Source: a virus. Taken from it: 45,008 nt of DNA. Shown here piece after piece: positions 32,942 to 42,800 of this stretch. A model generated the notes under the pieces. It saw nothing but the letters and a program-made list of their open reading frames with translations, was not told where the DNA came from and did not search any database. The stretch is taken from positions 1 through 45,008 of the IMG/VR virus record IMGVR_UViG_3300045918_000199; one strand, given 5' to 3'. The stretch's first letter is position 1. Each line of letters opens with the position of its first letter. The position numbers and the translations under genes are program-made.

Positions 32942-33133
32942 TCATGTTATTGAGCCTTTGAGTTTCCACTCGTCGCCCCGTTTTTCGTAGCATGAGAGTC
33001 CTTCTTGCTTTACTTCTACCTTTGCAATTTCACCGTATTTCGAGCAGTCGTCTGAAAGAACAGCTTTCGTAGTTCCAACAGACGCACCTAGAAATATGGC
33101 TGCGTAGAGAATCCAGAATAGGTGGTATTCCAT
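32942..33133 (-). CDS. Small secreted or membrane protein in the low-GC fibre cassette
   Basis: 63 aa. Hydrophobic N-terminus MEYHLFWILYAAIFLGASVG plus two Cys. It starts 2 nt after the fibre stop, and GC is about 40-45 % like the fibre tip. RBS is weak. Confidence 0.5.
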   Translation of the reverse strand: MEYHLFWILYAAIFLGASVGTTKAVLSDDCSKYGEIAKVEVKQEGLSCYEKRGDEWKLKGSIT

Positions 33134-33135
33134 GA

Positions 33136-34623
33136 TTAAGACGTAGCTCCTTTGTGCAGATTGAATTGAATCTCCACAGCCTCAGATAGCGAGCCAGCCG
33201 ATATGTTTTTTAATGCTATGGCTGCAACGCCTGCGGAAGTTACATCGAGATAAACTTGATATGTAAGATTCGTGGCAATACCACCCCGGATAGCCAAACT
33301 GAATGTGTCATTTAGTGTTAACAGTGAATTATTTAATGCAAATAACACAGTAGCACCCGCCGCCAAAGCAGCGTTATTCATCGTGATTCGTCCCGTAGGT
33401 GTATTCAGAGTAACCGCAGTAGATTTACTCGTAGCCTGAGTGACTGAGCCTCCTGCTCCTACGCCGTAGCCGAGGCCAGCGGGGGTGATTACTTGGAGTC
33501 CACCGATGCTTGGATAGTTAACCCGGCCTATCCCGTTGGAGCAGATAGTGAAATCGTGGTTTGAAAATGTTCCGCAAAGTACGCCGCTATTGTTTGTGTA
33601 GAAGCGGTAATCAAGGGTCTGTGTATTGTTATAAAAGCGCAACCCGCCGCCATTGGTAACATGGCCCTTATGTTCAATGAAGTTAAACCCCGCAGCGGCA
33701 CTAGGAATTACGTTTATCCCAACATTCCCACTGGCATCTTTGATAATCCCGCCATTACCAACATTAAGCGTATCGGTAGAGGCATCACCTAACGTGACAT
33801 TTCCTGTGGCAGAAAGAGTGGTAAACGCCCCAGTGCTAGGAGTCGTTGCCCCAATCGGAGTCCCATCAATAACGCCCTGAGGCACTGCTGCTCCGTACCG
33901 AACGACCACGTTGTTGGTAACCGCAGGAGGAGCGCCAGTCAGGAAGCTGATTGTCTTGGTCGAGGGCGTGTAAGAGAAGTTGACCCCAGCAGCCTGGACC
34001 ACCCCGCCAACAGACACCGCGCAGTTCGAGGCTACACCCGCGTCGTTCGTCAGGACAAAATCGGTTTGCGAACCCGTGCCACTAAAGAGCTGTGTCTGCC
34101 AATTCGCGTTCGCGACCGTCACGCCAAGCAACGCGGGCGAAAAGTTCTGCAGCTTGAGGCCGGTCGGGTCCCACCCGATGAGCGCCAGCGCGACAGCGCC
34201 AGGCAGTTCGTTAGTGCTGAGGGTGTCGGTCGGGGAGTTCGCAATCGCACGCGAGTTGCGCTCAGCGATCTGCTGCACCTGCATGAGAATACGGTCCAGC
34301 TCGCGCTCGAAAGCGACGGGGTCGAAGTTGCCCCCGCCAGGGATGGACAGCGTCTGGTCGTAGGGCAGCTGCCCGAGGAGCGCCAGCTTGTATCCGGTGG
34401 GCAGGGCCGTGGTCAGCGTGACGCTGCCGCCAGGTGAGGCCACCTGGTCCGCGTTCATCGTGACGGTGTAGCCCGAGGACAGGATTGTCTCGACGCCGTT
34501 GGTGTCCGCCTGCACGACTTGCACGTCAGTGGTGGCGAATATCTTGAAGCTGAAGGGATAAGGTACGTTGACCCCCGTCCCGGTGAACGGTCCAGCCTTA
34601 CGCGCGGTTGCAGGAACAGTCAT
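33136..34623 (-). CDS. Tail fibre protein (conserved N-terminal anchor, exchanged C-terminal tip)
   Basis: 495 aa with AGGAG 8 nt upstream. N-terminal KAGPFTGTGVNVPYPFSFKIF is typical of podoviral fibre anchors. The junction motif is PIGATTPSTGAFTTLSATG. GC drops 3' of about 33900. Confidence 0.75.
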   Translation of the reverse strand: MTVPATARKAGPFTGTGVNVPYPFSFKIFATTDVQVVQADTNGVETILSSGYTVTMNADQVASPGGSVTLTTALPTGYKLALLGQLPYDQTLSIPGGGNFDPVAFERELDRILMQVQQIAERNSRAIANSPTDTLSTNELPGAVALALIGWDPTGLKLQNFSPALLGVTVANANWQTQLFSGTGSQTDFVLTNDAGVASNCAVSVGGVVQAAGVNFSYTPSTKTISFLTGAPPAVTNNVVVRYGAAVPQGVIDGTPIGATTPSTGAFTTLSATGNVTLGDASTDTLNVGNGGIIKDASGNVGINVIPSAAAGFNFIEHKGHVTNGGGLRFYNNTQTLDYRFYTNNSGVLCGTFSNHDFTICSNGIGRVNYPSIGGLQVITPAGLGYGVGAGGSVTQATSKSTAVTLNTPTGRITMNNAALAAGATVLFALNNSLLTLNDTFSLAIRGGIATNLTYQVYLDVTSAGVAAIALKNISAGSLSEAVEIQFNLHKGATS

Positions 34624-34678
34624 CGTGGGACTCCTAGATCAAGGCATTGTCCCGAAAGCGCCAGGCTTTAAGCACACC

Positions 34679-37441
34679 TCAGCGTGGCTCTTGGTGGCCG
34701 AACAGCAATGCCATCGGGTTGTTGGTCTTGCCCTCTTTGAGAGCCTTGGCGCCTGTCACCGTGCGGTTGATCTGCGCGCTGGGTAGCCCGAAGACATCGC
34801 CCGACAGGTTGATGGCGGCCTTGCGGAAGCTGTCATCGAACTCGCCCTGGTTGGCCTGCTTGGCGAAGGCGAAGGTATCGGCCACCATGCGCACACCGGC
34901 CGGGCCTTGGTAGTCGCGGGGGTGGTCAGCCAGGCCAGCCATCGTGCGCCCAGCCTCGCCGAACTCACGCGACACAACCATCAGCCCCATCAGGTAGGTC
35001 AGCTGCTCGCCGGCCAGCTTGCGCGCGAGCTTCTTCGCGTCGTCATCGCCGCTGTCCCCAGGTGTCAGCGCATCGCGCAGCAGCGTGCCGAGTACCGCGG
35101 GCATCACCGCGAGCAGCATCACGTCGGCGGCCTTGCCCCCGGCCCCCTTGGTGCGTGCGCTGGAGTAGCTCAGGTTGGCGGCCGTGTTCATAAAAGCGTA
35201 GAAGGTGGTGAACAGCTTGGCCAGGGCGCCGCCGCGCTCGATGGCCGCCAGGTCCTTGGTCTGCCCCCCACCCTGGGAGTCGATCACCGCCTGGTCCGCC
35301 AAGGCGATGGCGCGCTCTTCGTCGTTGCCCTCGCTGATGGCCTTCTCGTAGCCGCCATGCCAGGTGGGCACGTCGACCGTGCGCTGCATGAACATCATCA
35401 GGGTGTAGGCGCTCTCGCGCGCTGCGGACAGCGGGCCGTGCTCGCCTTGCACCCTGTTGCGCAATTCGTTGAGGTCGCGGAACTGTGTGCGTGCGCGGTT
35501 TTCCATGAATTCGGACTTCTCTTTCGCTTCGCGCGTAGCCGCGACCGGGTTGGCCATGTAGATGCCCAGGCCCTTGCCAGCCCAGCCCGCGCCCAGCCGG
35601 CTGATGGACTGCGTGAAGCCCAGGGGCTGGATGGCAGCGGACATGAAGTTAAAGCCCAGGCCAGCCACGCTGACGTTCTGGCGCAGCTTGCCGATGGCGC
35701 TGTCTAGCGCCTCCTGTGAGCCGACATCGCCCTCGGCGATAGCATCGCGCCAGCTCTTGAACTGGCGCACCGCAGCGGGCCCGTAGTGGTCCCGCATCGC
35801 GCTGTCGACAGCGGTCGACTTGAGCAGGCGGTTGGTGTCGATGAGCCACTCGTGCCAGGCCAGGTCGTGGATGACATCGTTGACGCCGGTGTACAGACCG
35901 CTGAGGTCGTACAGCAGCGGGCGCCCGTTGACTTCCTCGACGCGGGCCTTGGTGAACGAGCGCCGCGTGGTGGCCACACCGTATGCGCCCTTGAGCTGGC
36001 GCTGCGCGCCCTCTGCGTCGGCGTGCTCTTCAGCGCGCACGCTCGCAGCGGTGTCGTACTTGACAGGGTAGTAGCCGCCAGGGATGCCGAGCATCTCGGT
36101 GATGGGCGAGCCCGCCTTAATCCACTCAGGCTCCTTGCCGTACACGCGCAGCTGCTTCTCGCCGATCTGCGGGCGGTAGCTCTCGAAGTGGTCCCACACC
36201 TGCTGCATGACTTTTTTGTCCGTGTCGTCCAGCGTCTCCATCACAGGCTTGAGCTGCTCCAGGGTCCAGCCCTCGCCGCCCAGCAGCCGCTGCAGGTTGG
36301 ACTCGTTGCCGGTGTTGAGCGCCATCGCCAGGACTTCCTGGCGCGTCATGCTGCGGTCGAGGCTGGGGTAGAAGGTGGCCTTGTGCAAGCCCTTCTTGGC
36401 CAGCCATGGGTGCATGATGTCGGTGAGTTTCTGCGTGGCCTCGGCGCGCTGCGTAGTTTCCCAGTCGCCCTTCTCGTTGGCGGCGCGGATGAAATACTCC
36501 CACACCTTACCACCATCCTTGCCGCCGTCCATGACGCGAGCCCAGGTGGCGGCCTTGATGTGCGCGCTGCCGAAGTTCTTGATGGCCTGCAGCCAGCGCC
36601 CCGTGCGCGTGGTGGGCGTGCGCGTGTTGGCCGTGCGATCACCAGCCAAGGTGTTGATGCTGTTGGCAATCTCGTCGCGCGCAGCAGCGAACTCGCGCTG
36701 GTCCTTCGCAGTGAGCAGCTTGTTCTTCAGGCGGCCCAGGTGCTCGATCTGCTTGATGGTGTCGAAGAGACCTTGGAACTCCTGGACCGTCATGTCCTTG
36801 TAGCTCGTGAGCTGCGCGTCTTCCTTGACGTAGTCGGGGATGTCGGGCTCCAGCCCCATCTCCTCCTGGCTCTTGAGCCAAGCAGCCAGCGAGGTGCGCT
36901 TGTCGAGTTCGCGCAGCGTGCGCTCTTTGAGGTCGACCCGCTCCAGCAGCTTGTCGATCTGGTCCTTGTACTCGGGCGGCAGCCGGTCGCTCTCTTCGAT
37001 TTTCTTCAGCGCCTTGACCTTCTTGTCGATGTCGGCCTGCGCGTCGAGCGTGGCCTTGGCCGCGTAGAACTGCAGCAGCTGGTCACGCTTGGCCTGGATG
37101 GCAGCGGCGGTATCGCCAGCCTTCATCGCATCAGCAGCGGCCTTGCCCGCGCGTGTCTCGGCTTGCGTGTGCTTGCCTGGCTTGAGGTCGCGCACCTTGC
37201 GCTGACCGATGAGGCGGTCGGCGAACTCTTTGGCTGCGCGAATCAGGATGTTCGGGTTGCCCTTGGACGCAGCCTTGCGCGACTTCACTGTGTCGATGTG
37301 CTTGTCCACCGCAGCAAGCGCAGCAGCCTGCGCGTCCATGCCCTGCGCGCGGAACTCAGCCGAGTGCTTGAGTATCGCCTCTTTGTCTTTGGCCTTGAGC
37401 GCCATGCCGGCTTTCGCCAGGCATCCAGTTAGTGTTCCCAT
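34679..37441 (-). CDS. Large (920 aa) virion-module protein of unknown function
   Basis: ATG 37441 shares 1 nt with the upstream stop. Mostly helical, with a hydrophobic stretch (ADVMLLAVMPAVLGTLL). No catalytic motif recognised. Confidence 0.65.
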   Translation of the reverse strand: MGTLTGCLAKAGMALKAKDKEAILKHSAEFRAQGMDAQAAALAAVDKHIDTVKSRKAASKGNPNILIRAAKEFADRLIGQRKVRDLKPGKHTQAETRAGKAAADAMKAGDTAAAIQAKRDQLLQFYAAKATLDAQADIDKKVKALKKIEESDRLPPEYKDQIDKLLERVDLKERTLRELDKRTSLAAWLKSQEEMGLEPDIPDYVKEDAQLTSYKDMTVQEFQGLFDTIKQIEHLGRLKNKLLTAKDQREFAAARDEIANSINTLAGDRTANTRTPTTRTGRWLQAIKNFGSAHIKAATWARVMDGGKDGGKVWEYFIRAANEKGDWETTQRAEATQKLTDIMHPWLAKKGLHKATFYPSLDRSMTRQEVLAMALNTGNESNLQRLLGGEGWTLEQLKPVMETLDDTDKKVMQQVWDHFESYRPQIGEKQLRVYGKEPEWIKAGSPITEMLGIPGGYYPVKYDTAASVRAEEHADAEGAQRQLKGAYGVATTRRSFTKARVEEVNGRPLLYDLSGLYTGVNDVIHDLAWHEWLIDTNRLLKSTAVDSAMRDHYGPAAVRQFKSWRDAIAEGDVGSQEALDSAIGKLRQNVSVAGLGFNFMSAAIQPLGFTQSISRLGAGWAGKGLGIYMANPVAATREAKEKSEFMENRARTQFRDLNELRNRVQGEHGPLSAARESAYTLMMFMQRTVDVPTWHGGYEKAISEGNDEERAIALADQAVIDSQGGGQTKDLAAIERGGALAKLFTTFYAFMNTAANLSYSSARTKGAGGKAADVMLLAVMPAVLGTLLRDALTPGDSGDDDAKKLARKLAGEQLTYLMGLMVVSREFGEAGRTMAGLADHPRDYQGPAGVRMVADTFAFAKQANQGEFDDSFRKAAINLSGDVFGLPSAQINRTVTGAKALKEGKTNNPMALLFGHQEPR

Positions 37442-38160
37442 CAGAGTACCTCACAAGCTATTAGTGTTGCGACCATCCGCAAAATCTCTTCGTGCTCCTG
37501 CTGTCTGCGCAGCCTGGTCAAGCCCCCCTGCGTGGCCGCGAGCCGGATGACTTCCACCTCCGCCCCCGACTGGAATACGTCAGGAGCGTACCCCTCGAAT
37601 GTTATCACCCCCGCGTCGGGGACCCCCTCGAAGGAGCCAGGGGTCGACTGCGCCACATCGGGCGCGTAGCCGGTGAAGGCTAAGGCGCCAGCGTCAGGGG
37701 ACAGTGCCTGTGGCTGCTCAATCGTCGGAGCGTACCCCGTGAAGCTGAGCGCGCCAGGGTCCGGCACTAAGGCCCGCGGTTGAAGGATGGAGGGCGCGTA
37801 GCCGGTGAAGGCTAAGGCGCCCGCGCCAGGGGAGAGGGCCTGGGGCTGGAGGATACTCGGGGCAAAACCCGTGAAGGCTATCGAACCAACACCAGGGGTG
37901 GCGGACTGTGTCTGAGATACCGTGGGCGCCAGCCCAGTAAAGACGAGGACCCCCGCCCCCGGGGTGAGCGAGATACTGCCCCCCGCGGGTTCGACCCAGG
38001 TGCTGAGCCCCAGCACCGCATCGACCGGCTGCGCTGTCGCGCTCGCTGGCGTGGCGAACTGCTGGTTGTTTATGCCATCGACAAGCGCCGATGTTCCCGG
38101 CGTGGCCGGTGTGGCGAACGCATCATTGGCGATGACGCCGTCAATGAGCGTGAAGGCCAC
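37441..38160 (-). CDS. Tandem 22-aa-repeat protein (FTGYAP repeats)
   Basis: 239 aa. GTG at 38160 with GGGAG upstream. Six repeats of about ..PGAGALAFTGYAPSILQPQALS... Confidence 0.7.
   Translation of the reverse strand: MAFTLIDGVIANDAFATPATPGTSALVDGINNQQFATPASATAQPVDAVLGLSTWVEPAGGSISLTPGAGVLVFTGLAPTVSQTQSATPGVGSIAFTGFAPSILQPQALSPGAGALAFTGYAPSILQPRALVPDPGALSFTGYAPTIEQPQALSPDAGALAFTGYAPDVAQSTPGSFEGVPDAGVITFEGYAPDVFQSGAEVEVIRLAATQGGLTRLRRQQEHEEILRMVATLIACEVL
37570..37977 (-). repeat. 66-nt tandem repeats (about 6 units) inside the 239-aa gene
   Basis: Phe codons recur every 22 residues (F74, F96, F118, F140, F162). The 29-nt string ggcgcgtagccggtgaaggctaaggcgcc recurs at 37661 and 37793, which is 2 x 66 nt apart. 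Confidence 0.85.
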
Positions 38161-38163
38161 TGA

Positions 38164-38364
38164 TTACTCCCCGGCAGCAGCCAGTATTGCAGCCTTCACT
38201 TCCGCAAAAAGCGTGTCCAGTCCAACCGGCAGGCAGGTCAGGCAGTAGTTACCGCCGCGCGCGGTGCCGACTGGCTCCAGCAGGGTGTTCTCTGTGTTCG
38301 AGCTAACGACCGCCTCTTCCGCGCCTTGAACAGCGCAGATGTCACAGATAAGATTTTCATCCAT
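38164..38364 (-). CDS. Small Zn-ribbon protein (CDIC...CLTC)
   Basis: 66 aa from ATG 38364 with AAGGAG 9 nt upstream. The ATG shares 1 nt with the upstream TAA. Confidence 0.6.
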   Translation of the reverse strand: MDENLICDICAVQGAEEAVVSSNTENTLLEPVGTARGGNYCLTCLPVGLDTLFAEVKAAILAAAGE

Positions 38365-39035
38365 TATGTGTACTCCTTCCAAGCTCCGTTAATCGTCAAC
38401 TTGCGGTTCGCTGTGGTAACTGCCAAGGCGTTCCAGACAACGATGCCCTCCCCTGCAGCCAGCACAATCTCGTCACCCTCTTCGTCGGGCGCCCAGTTAT
38501 CTTGCTGCGCTTGCCAGTGCCCGGCACCGCCTGTCACAAGGTCCATCGTCATGCCAACGTACTCAAACAACGTGGCGACCAGGGTGACAGTGAGGCCGGT
38601 CATTGCTGCGGAAGCCAGAAGCTGTGCCGCCGCGTCTGCCGTGGCGCGCTTGGCTGGGGTGATGGTCGCAGCGGATAGCGTGCCGGTGAAGCTGATGCGG
38701 CTAACCCGCAAGATAGGGGCAATTAAGTCCACCGCCAGCGTGGTGCTGAAATTGTGCTCAAGGAAAAGCCGTGAGAGTGCCACCTTCACCGTGGAGGCCA
38801 ACGGGTTTGTGAGGTACAACATCCCCGTAGTGGTGCCCGTCTGAACTGCGGTCGGGATAGCGGCAGCGGTCGCGTTGGCTTTATAGCGGCCAGTCTCACT
38901 GCGCTCGGTCGAGGGGATGAAGAAGTATTCCACCACCGTGTTCGCTCCGACCGTCGATTCCTTGGCACGGACCTTCTTGCCGGTGTTGCCCGAGTCGGTG
39001 GGCAGGATGATTACTTGGTCTGTCTTTGCTGCCAT
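38364..39035 (-). CDS. Beta-rich protein of unknown function (223 aa)
   Basis: Strong AAGGAG RBS. Thr/Ala/Val-rich composition suggests a beta-sandwich. No family recognised. Confidence 0.65.
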   Translation of the reverse strand: MAAKTDQVIILPTDSGNTGKKVRAKESTVGANTVVEYFFIPSTERSETGRYKANATAAAIPTAVQTGTTTGMLYLTNPLASTVKVALSRLFLEHNFSTTLAVDLIAPILRVSRISFTGTLSAATITPAKRATADAAAQLLASAAMTGLTVTLVATLFEYVGMTMDLVTGGAGHWQAQQDNWAPDEEGDEIVLAAGEGIVVWNALAVTTANRKLTINGAWKEYT

Positions 39036-39044
39036 GTTGGCTCC

Positions 39045-39518
39045 TTAAGTGGCGGAGATAAGTCCCGAGGCGTTCGGGGTTACCGTGAGGGTGTTCGGGG
39101 CCGTCGTGGCAGGGACGTTAGCTGGGGTCGCGTCTCCGAGGAAGTACCCCACGATGGGGTTGACTTTGCCGTTGAGCGTGCCGAGATAATAGATGAGGCC
39201 GTAGCGCCAGGCGGGGATGCCGGTGCCGTCAGCGGTCCAGACCGCAGCTGCTGAGGTGAACTTGACCACACCAGCGGCTTGCGCAAGAGTCACGCCGGTG
39301 AGAGCAATCCCTCCCGCGGCGTAGGCGGTTTGGCCGGCCGTAGCAATCTCGTTGGCGGAGGCGTCCGCGAAGACCTCATCGGTCGTGGGCGCGGGTGTCC
39401 AGGCCGACGTGATGAGCGCCAGCCGGTAGAGGGCGGAGCCGGTTTTCAGAAGGCCGGTTGCGCCTTCGAGAAAGTTCAGCTTCGTCTTTTGTGGAAAAGT
39501 AATTACGCCTGCAGCCAT
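39045..39518 (-). CDS. Beta-rich protein of unknown function (157 aa)
   Basis: GAGG RBS with ATG at 39518. No family recognised. Confidence 0.65.
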   Translation of the reverse strand: MAAGVITFPQKTKLNFLEGATGLLKTGSALYRLALITSAWTPAPTTDEVFADASANEIATAGQTAYAAGGIALTGVTLAQAAGVVKFTSAAAVWTADGTGIPAWRYGLIYYLGTLNGKVNPIVGYFLGDATPANVPATTAPNTLTVTPNASGLISAT

Positions 39519-39521
39519 GTG

Positions 39522-39869
39522 TTACCTCACAGTCTCAATTTCCATAATCTTCTTCGTGCCCTGGTAGTCGGTGTAGGTCACGCGCAACTTCTTGTCGGCC
39601 TGCTCCACCTCGGGCGGCATGACGATGGTGTTGTTCACTATCGGCGTCGGCACAGTGACCGACACCGCTGGCGATGTCACGTTGACCACCGGGGGCTCGT
39701 CCTTCTCCTCGGCCTCGTGGGCCTGGAGCACAGCGACCTGCTCTTTCAGACGCAGCACTTCCTCGCGCTGGCCTTGCAGGGCTTGCGCCAGGGAGGTGTT
39801 CTCTGCCTTCAGCGCATCCAGTGTGTGGAACACGTCGGCGAAGGCGGCATCTATTTCGAGCGGTGTCAT
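39522..39869 (-). CDS. Coiled-coil plus beta-tail protein (115 aa)
   Basis: ATG 39869 forms an ATGA overlap with the giant gene stop. GAAGGAG lies upstream. Confidence 0.6.
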   Translation of the reverse strand: MTPLEIDAAFADVFHTLDALKAENTSLAQALQGQREEVLRLKEQVAVLQAHEAEEKDEPPVVNVTSPAVSVTVPTPIVNNTIVMPPEVEQADKKLRVTYTDYQGTKKIMEIETVR

Positions 39870-42800
39870 GCTTTGATGCACTCCTTCAACTTCTCCAGCA
39901 CTTTAGTGTTGGGCTCGCTCTTTAAGCGCACGCCGTCTTCCAGCGCGCGCAGCTCGGTGGCCACGAAGTTGGCTCGCGCCTCGTTGTGGATGGCCTCGTC
40001 TGCGGCGCGCTCGATACCCTTGGGGGTGGTCAGGTCCCCGTAGCGCTCCAGCAGCCGCTGATCGGTCATGCCTTCGATGACGTGCTTGATGGGCTGCGCC
40101 TCGGCGATGGCGCGCAGCATCTGGTCAGGCGAGGTGTAGCCCAGCTGCTCGGACATGAACTGGATGTCGGCGTCGTTGCGCTCGCCCTTGAGCGAGTCGA
40201 GATAGTCCTTGGCCACGTACACCGGCTGCTGCTCCACCTCTGCGCGCACCTCGGCCTCGACCGCTTTGCGCTTGGCTTCGACATCCTTGGTCACCGCCTT
40301 AATGGCTTTGTTGCGCGCGCTGACCGACCACTTCAGGTCACGCAGGCTGCGCGCCTGCAGCTTCTCGATGGCGTCCTCAGTCGCGTTCTGCGCAGCGAGC
40401 TGGTACTGGGTCCACTCGTCGGGCTCCATGCCAGCCTCCTCGGCGGTGGTGAACAGCGGCGTCATCTTGCGCGCGGCCTCGGTCTCTTCAATCTGCGCTT
40501 CGGTCGCAAGCATGCGGTCGTAGACCCCGCGCACCTCATCGGTCAGGTCGCTGTTGTGCGCCTTCATAAAATCTTGCAGCGAGCGGTACACGTTCTTCAT
40601 CCAGCTGGAGAAGCGCTGGAAAATGCCGTGCATCTCTTTGCTCGGGGCGCGCCCCTCGAACAGATACAGCTCGTAGTGCTCGGCGAATTTCTCATGGAAC
40701 TGGCGCTTCTCTTCCAAGCTCATCGTGTTCCAGCTGGCCAGGTCGCTGACGCCAAACCACTTGAGCACCTTGGTCATGTCGGACGCCGCAGAGGTGTTGC
40801 CGTCCAGTGCCAGCTGCGTGAGCGCGTCGAGGTAGAAGTGCCCCATCTCGTGGTGGAACGTGGACAGGTCCGCGTTCTCCAGCAGGGAGATGGTCAGTGT
40901 CTTCGGGTTGTAGGTGCCGCGGCTGCCACCAGGCTGGGACAGGTCCGCGTCGGACAGCTTGGTGCCGTCCATCAGCAGGAAGAACTCAGGGTTAAAGGGG
41001 CTCCAGGCTTCCGCCATCGGGCCGTGGACTCCGCCCTCCCCGTCAGACAGCTGCGCAATGGCCTGCTGCTTGAGAGTGACGCTGAGCGCGTGGGCTTCCT
41101 CGGGGGTGAGCGGGCGGTCGAGCTTGGCCACCACGGTGGGCTCGGTGTTGGACTCGTGGACCTCGTGGGTCTCGACGGTGACGCCGATGGCCTTGAGCGC
41201 GTCCAGTACAGCAGCTGGTGTGAGCGGCGCCCCGCCCTCGACGTTGAGGCCGATGTTGACTAGGTTGCCATCGGTCGCTTGGTTTAGGACATCGCCGCCA
41301 GGTTTACCATCTCGGCGGAGGATTTCGAGGCGCTTGGCTGCACGGTTTTCGTGTCGGCCCTGAACAACTCCAACAAACGGCGCTGTTTCTCGGCCAGCGC
41401 GGGAGACTTCAGTTGCTGCTGCTCCTGAATCAAGGTCGCTGAGTCTATCGCCGAGTCCCGCGTCGCGGAGGATGGCTTCGTATTTTGCGTCATGGAATAG
41501 CCCCTTAAAATCTGGAGTCGAGCGAAGCATGTCATCCGTCAGCGACTCGTCCATCAGGATGTCAGTGGCGGACTTGTCAGCTGTCTGCGCTTCGTAAAGC
41601 GTTTTGGCCCAGGACCAGATGGTCTCCTGCACCTCAGCCGGCGTCCAGGTCTCGCCAGTTTTCTCAGTCAGTATTTTAGCAGCTTGCCGCACCTTTGCGT
41701 TCATGGCCAGGTAGCCCGGCCCCTTGCCCGCATCGGTGGAGTTGAGCGAGCCCTTGAACATCTTCTGGTCGACCAGGGCGAAGTTCGCCATCCAGGCGTC
41801 GTTGGTCACCTCGTTGACGTTGCCAAGCAGGTTGCGCATGAAGCTGTCAACCTTGGGGCCTGACAGTAAATCGGTGCCGGGGTTCTCCGTGGTCAGCGCG
41901 CGCACGCTGTTGTTTATCCAAGCGTCGAGCACGCTGTCGACACCGCCGCTACCTTCGACAGAGGCACCCATCACCTTGACGATTTCCTCGCGCGTCTGTG
42001 GGCGCCCGGCCGCCACCCAGTTCTTCCAGGTGTGCAGCGAGTTGAGCAGGTTAGTCTGCACAGGGTTCTGTGGGGACATCGCAGCGAGCAGTCCCACAAA
42101 GCGCGGCGCGTCGGGGCCGAACACCTGGCCGATAGCCTTGGCGCTTTCCTTGTACCAGCCCCGCTTAGCGCGGCCCGCCCACGCTACCGCAGCGAACTCA
42201 TCGGCGTGGGGCAAGCTGTCGAAGTAATCGACCAGGCGCCCAGCGGTAGCCTTGTTGAGCTTGCCGCGTTCTTTGTCGGTGAGGTGCTTCTCAATCTTCG
42301 CGAGCTTGGCGACCTTGTCGTCTTGCTTGTACACCGGGTCAGGCGTCTTGCTCTCGAAGGACTTGAACAGCTCCGACTTGTACATCGTCTGCGTCAGGTC
42401 GCCGTTGAACACACCGGCGCGCTCGAAGGCGTCGAGCACTGCGGGGTCCTTGGACAAAATCTCTTTCCAGCGCGAGAGTGGCGCTGAGCCTGCGGGCAGC
42501 GAACTGTCCGCGCGCAGTGCGTCAAGCACTACATCGCGGCCAAGCGCTACACGAGGCCCAGCATCCGGTACGCGCTGGGCTTCCTCAATCTTCGTCCGGG
42601 GGCCGAGCACCTCGGGCTTGACTGTCTGGTCGCCCAACAGGATGACCTGGCCAGGCTGCTCCCCGCTCATGCGGTCGAGGTAGCCCGAGTATCCGGCGTC
42701 GAGCACGCGGGTCTCGAAGTCGGTTTGGCTGCCCTTCTTCAAGCGCAGCGGGTCCGTGTTGGCGTCGTAGATGTTGGAGAGCTGCGCCTTGTGCGCGATG

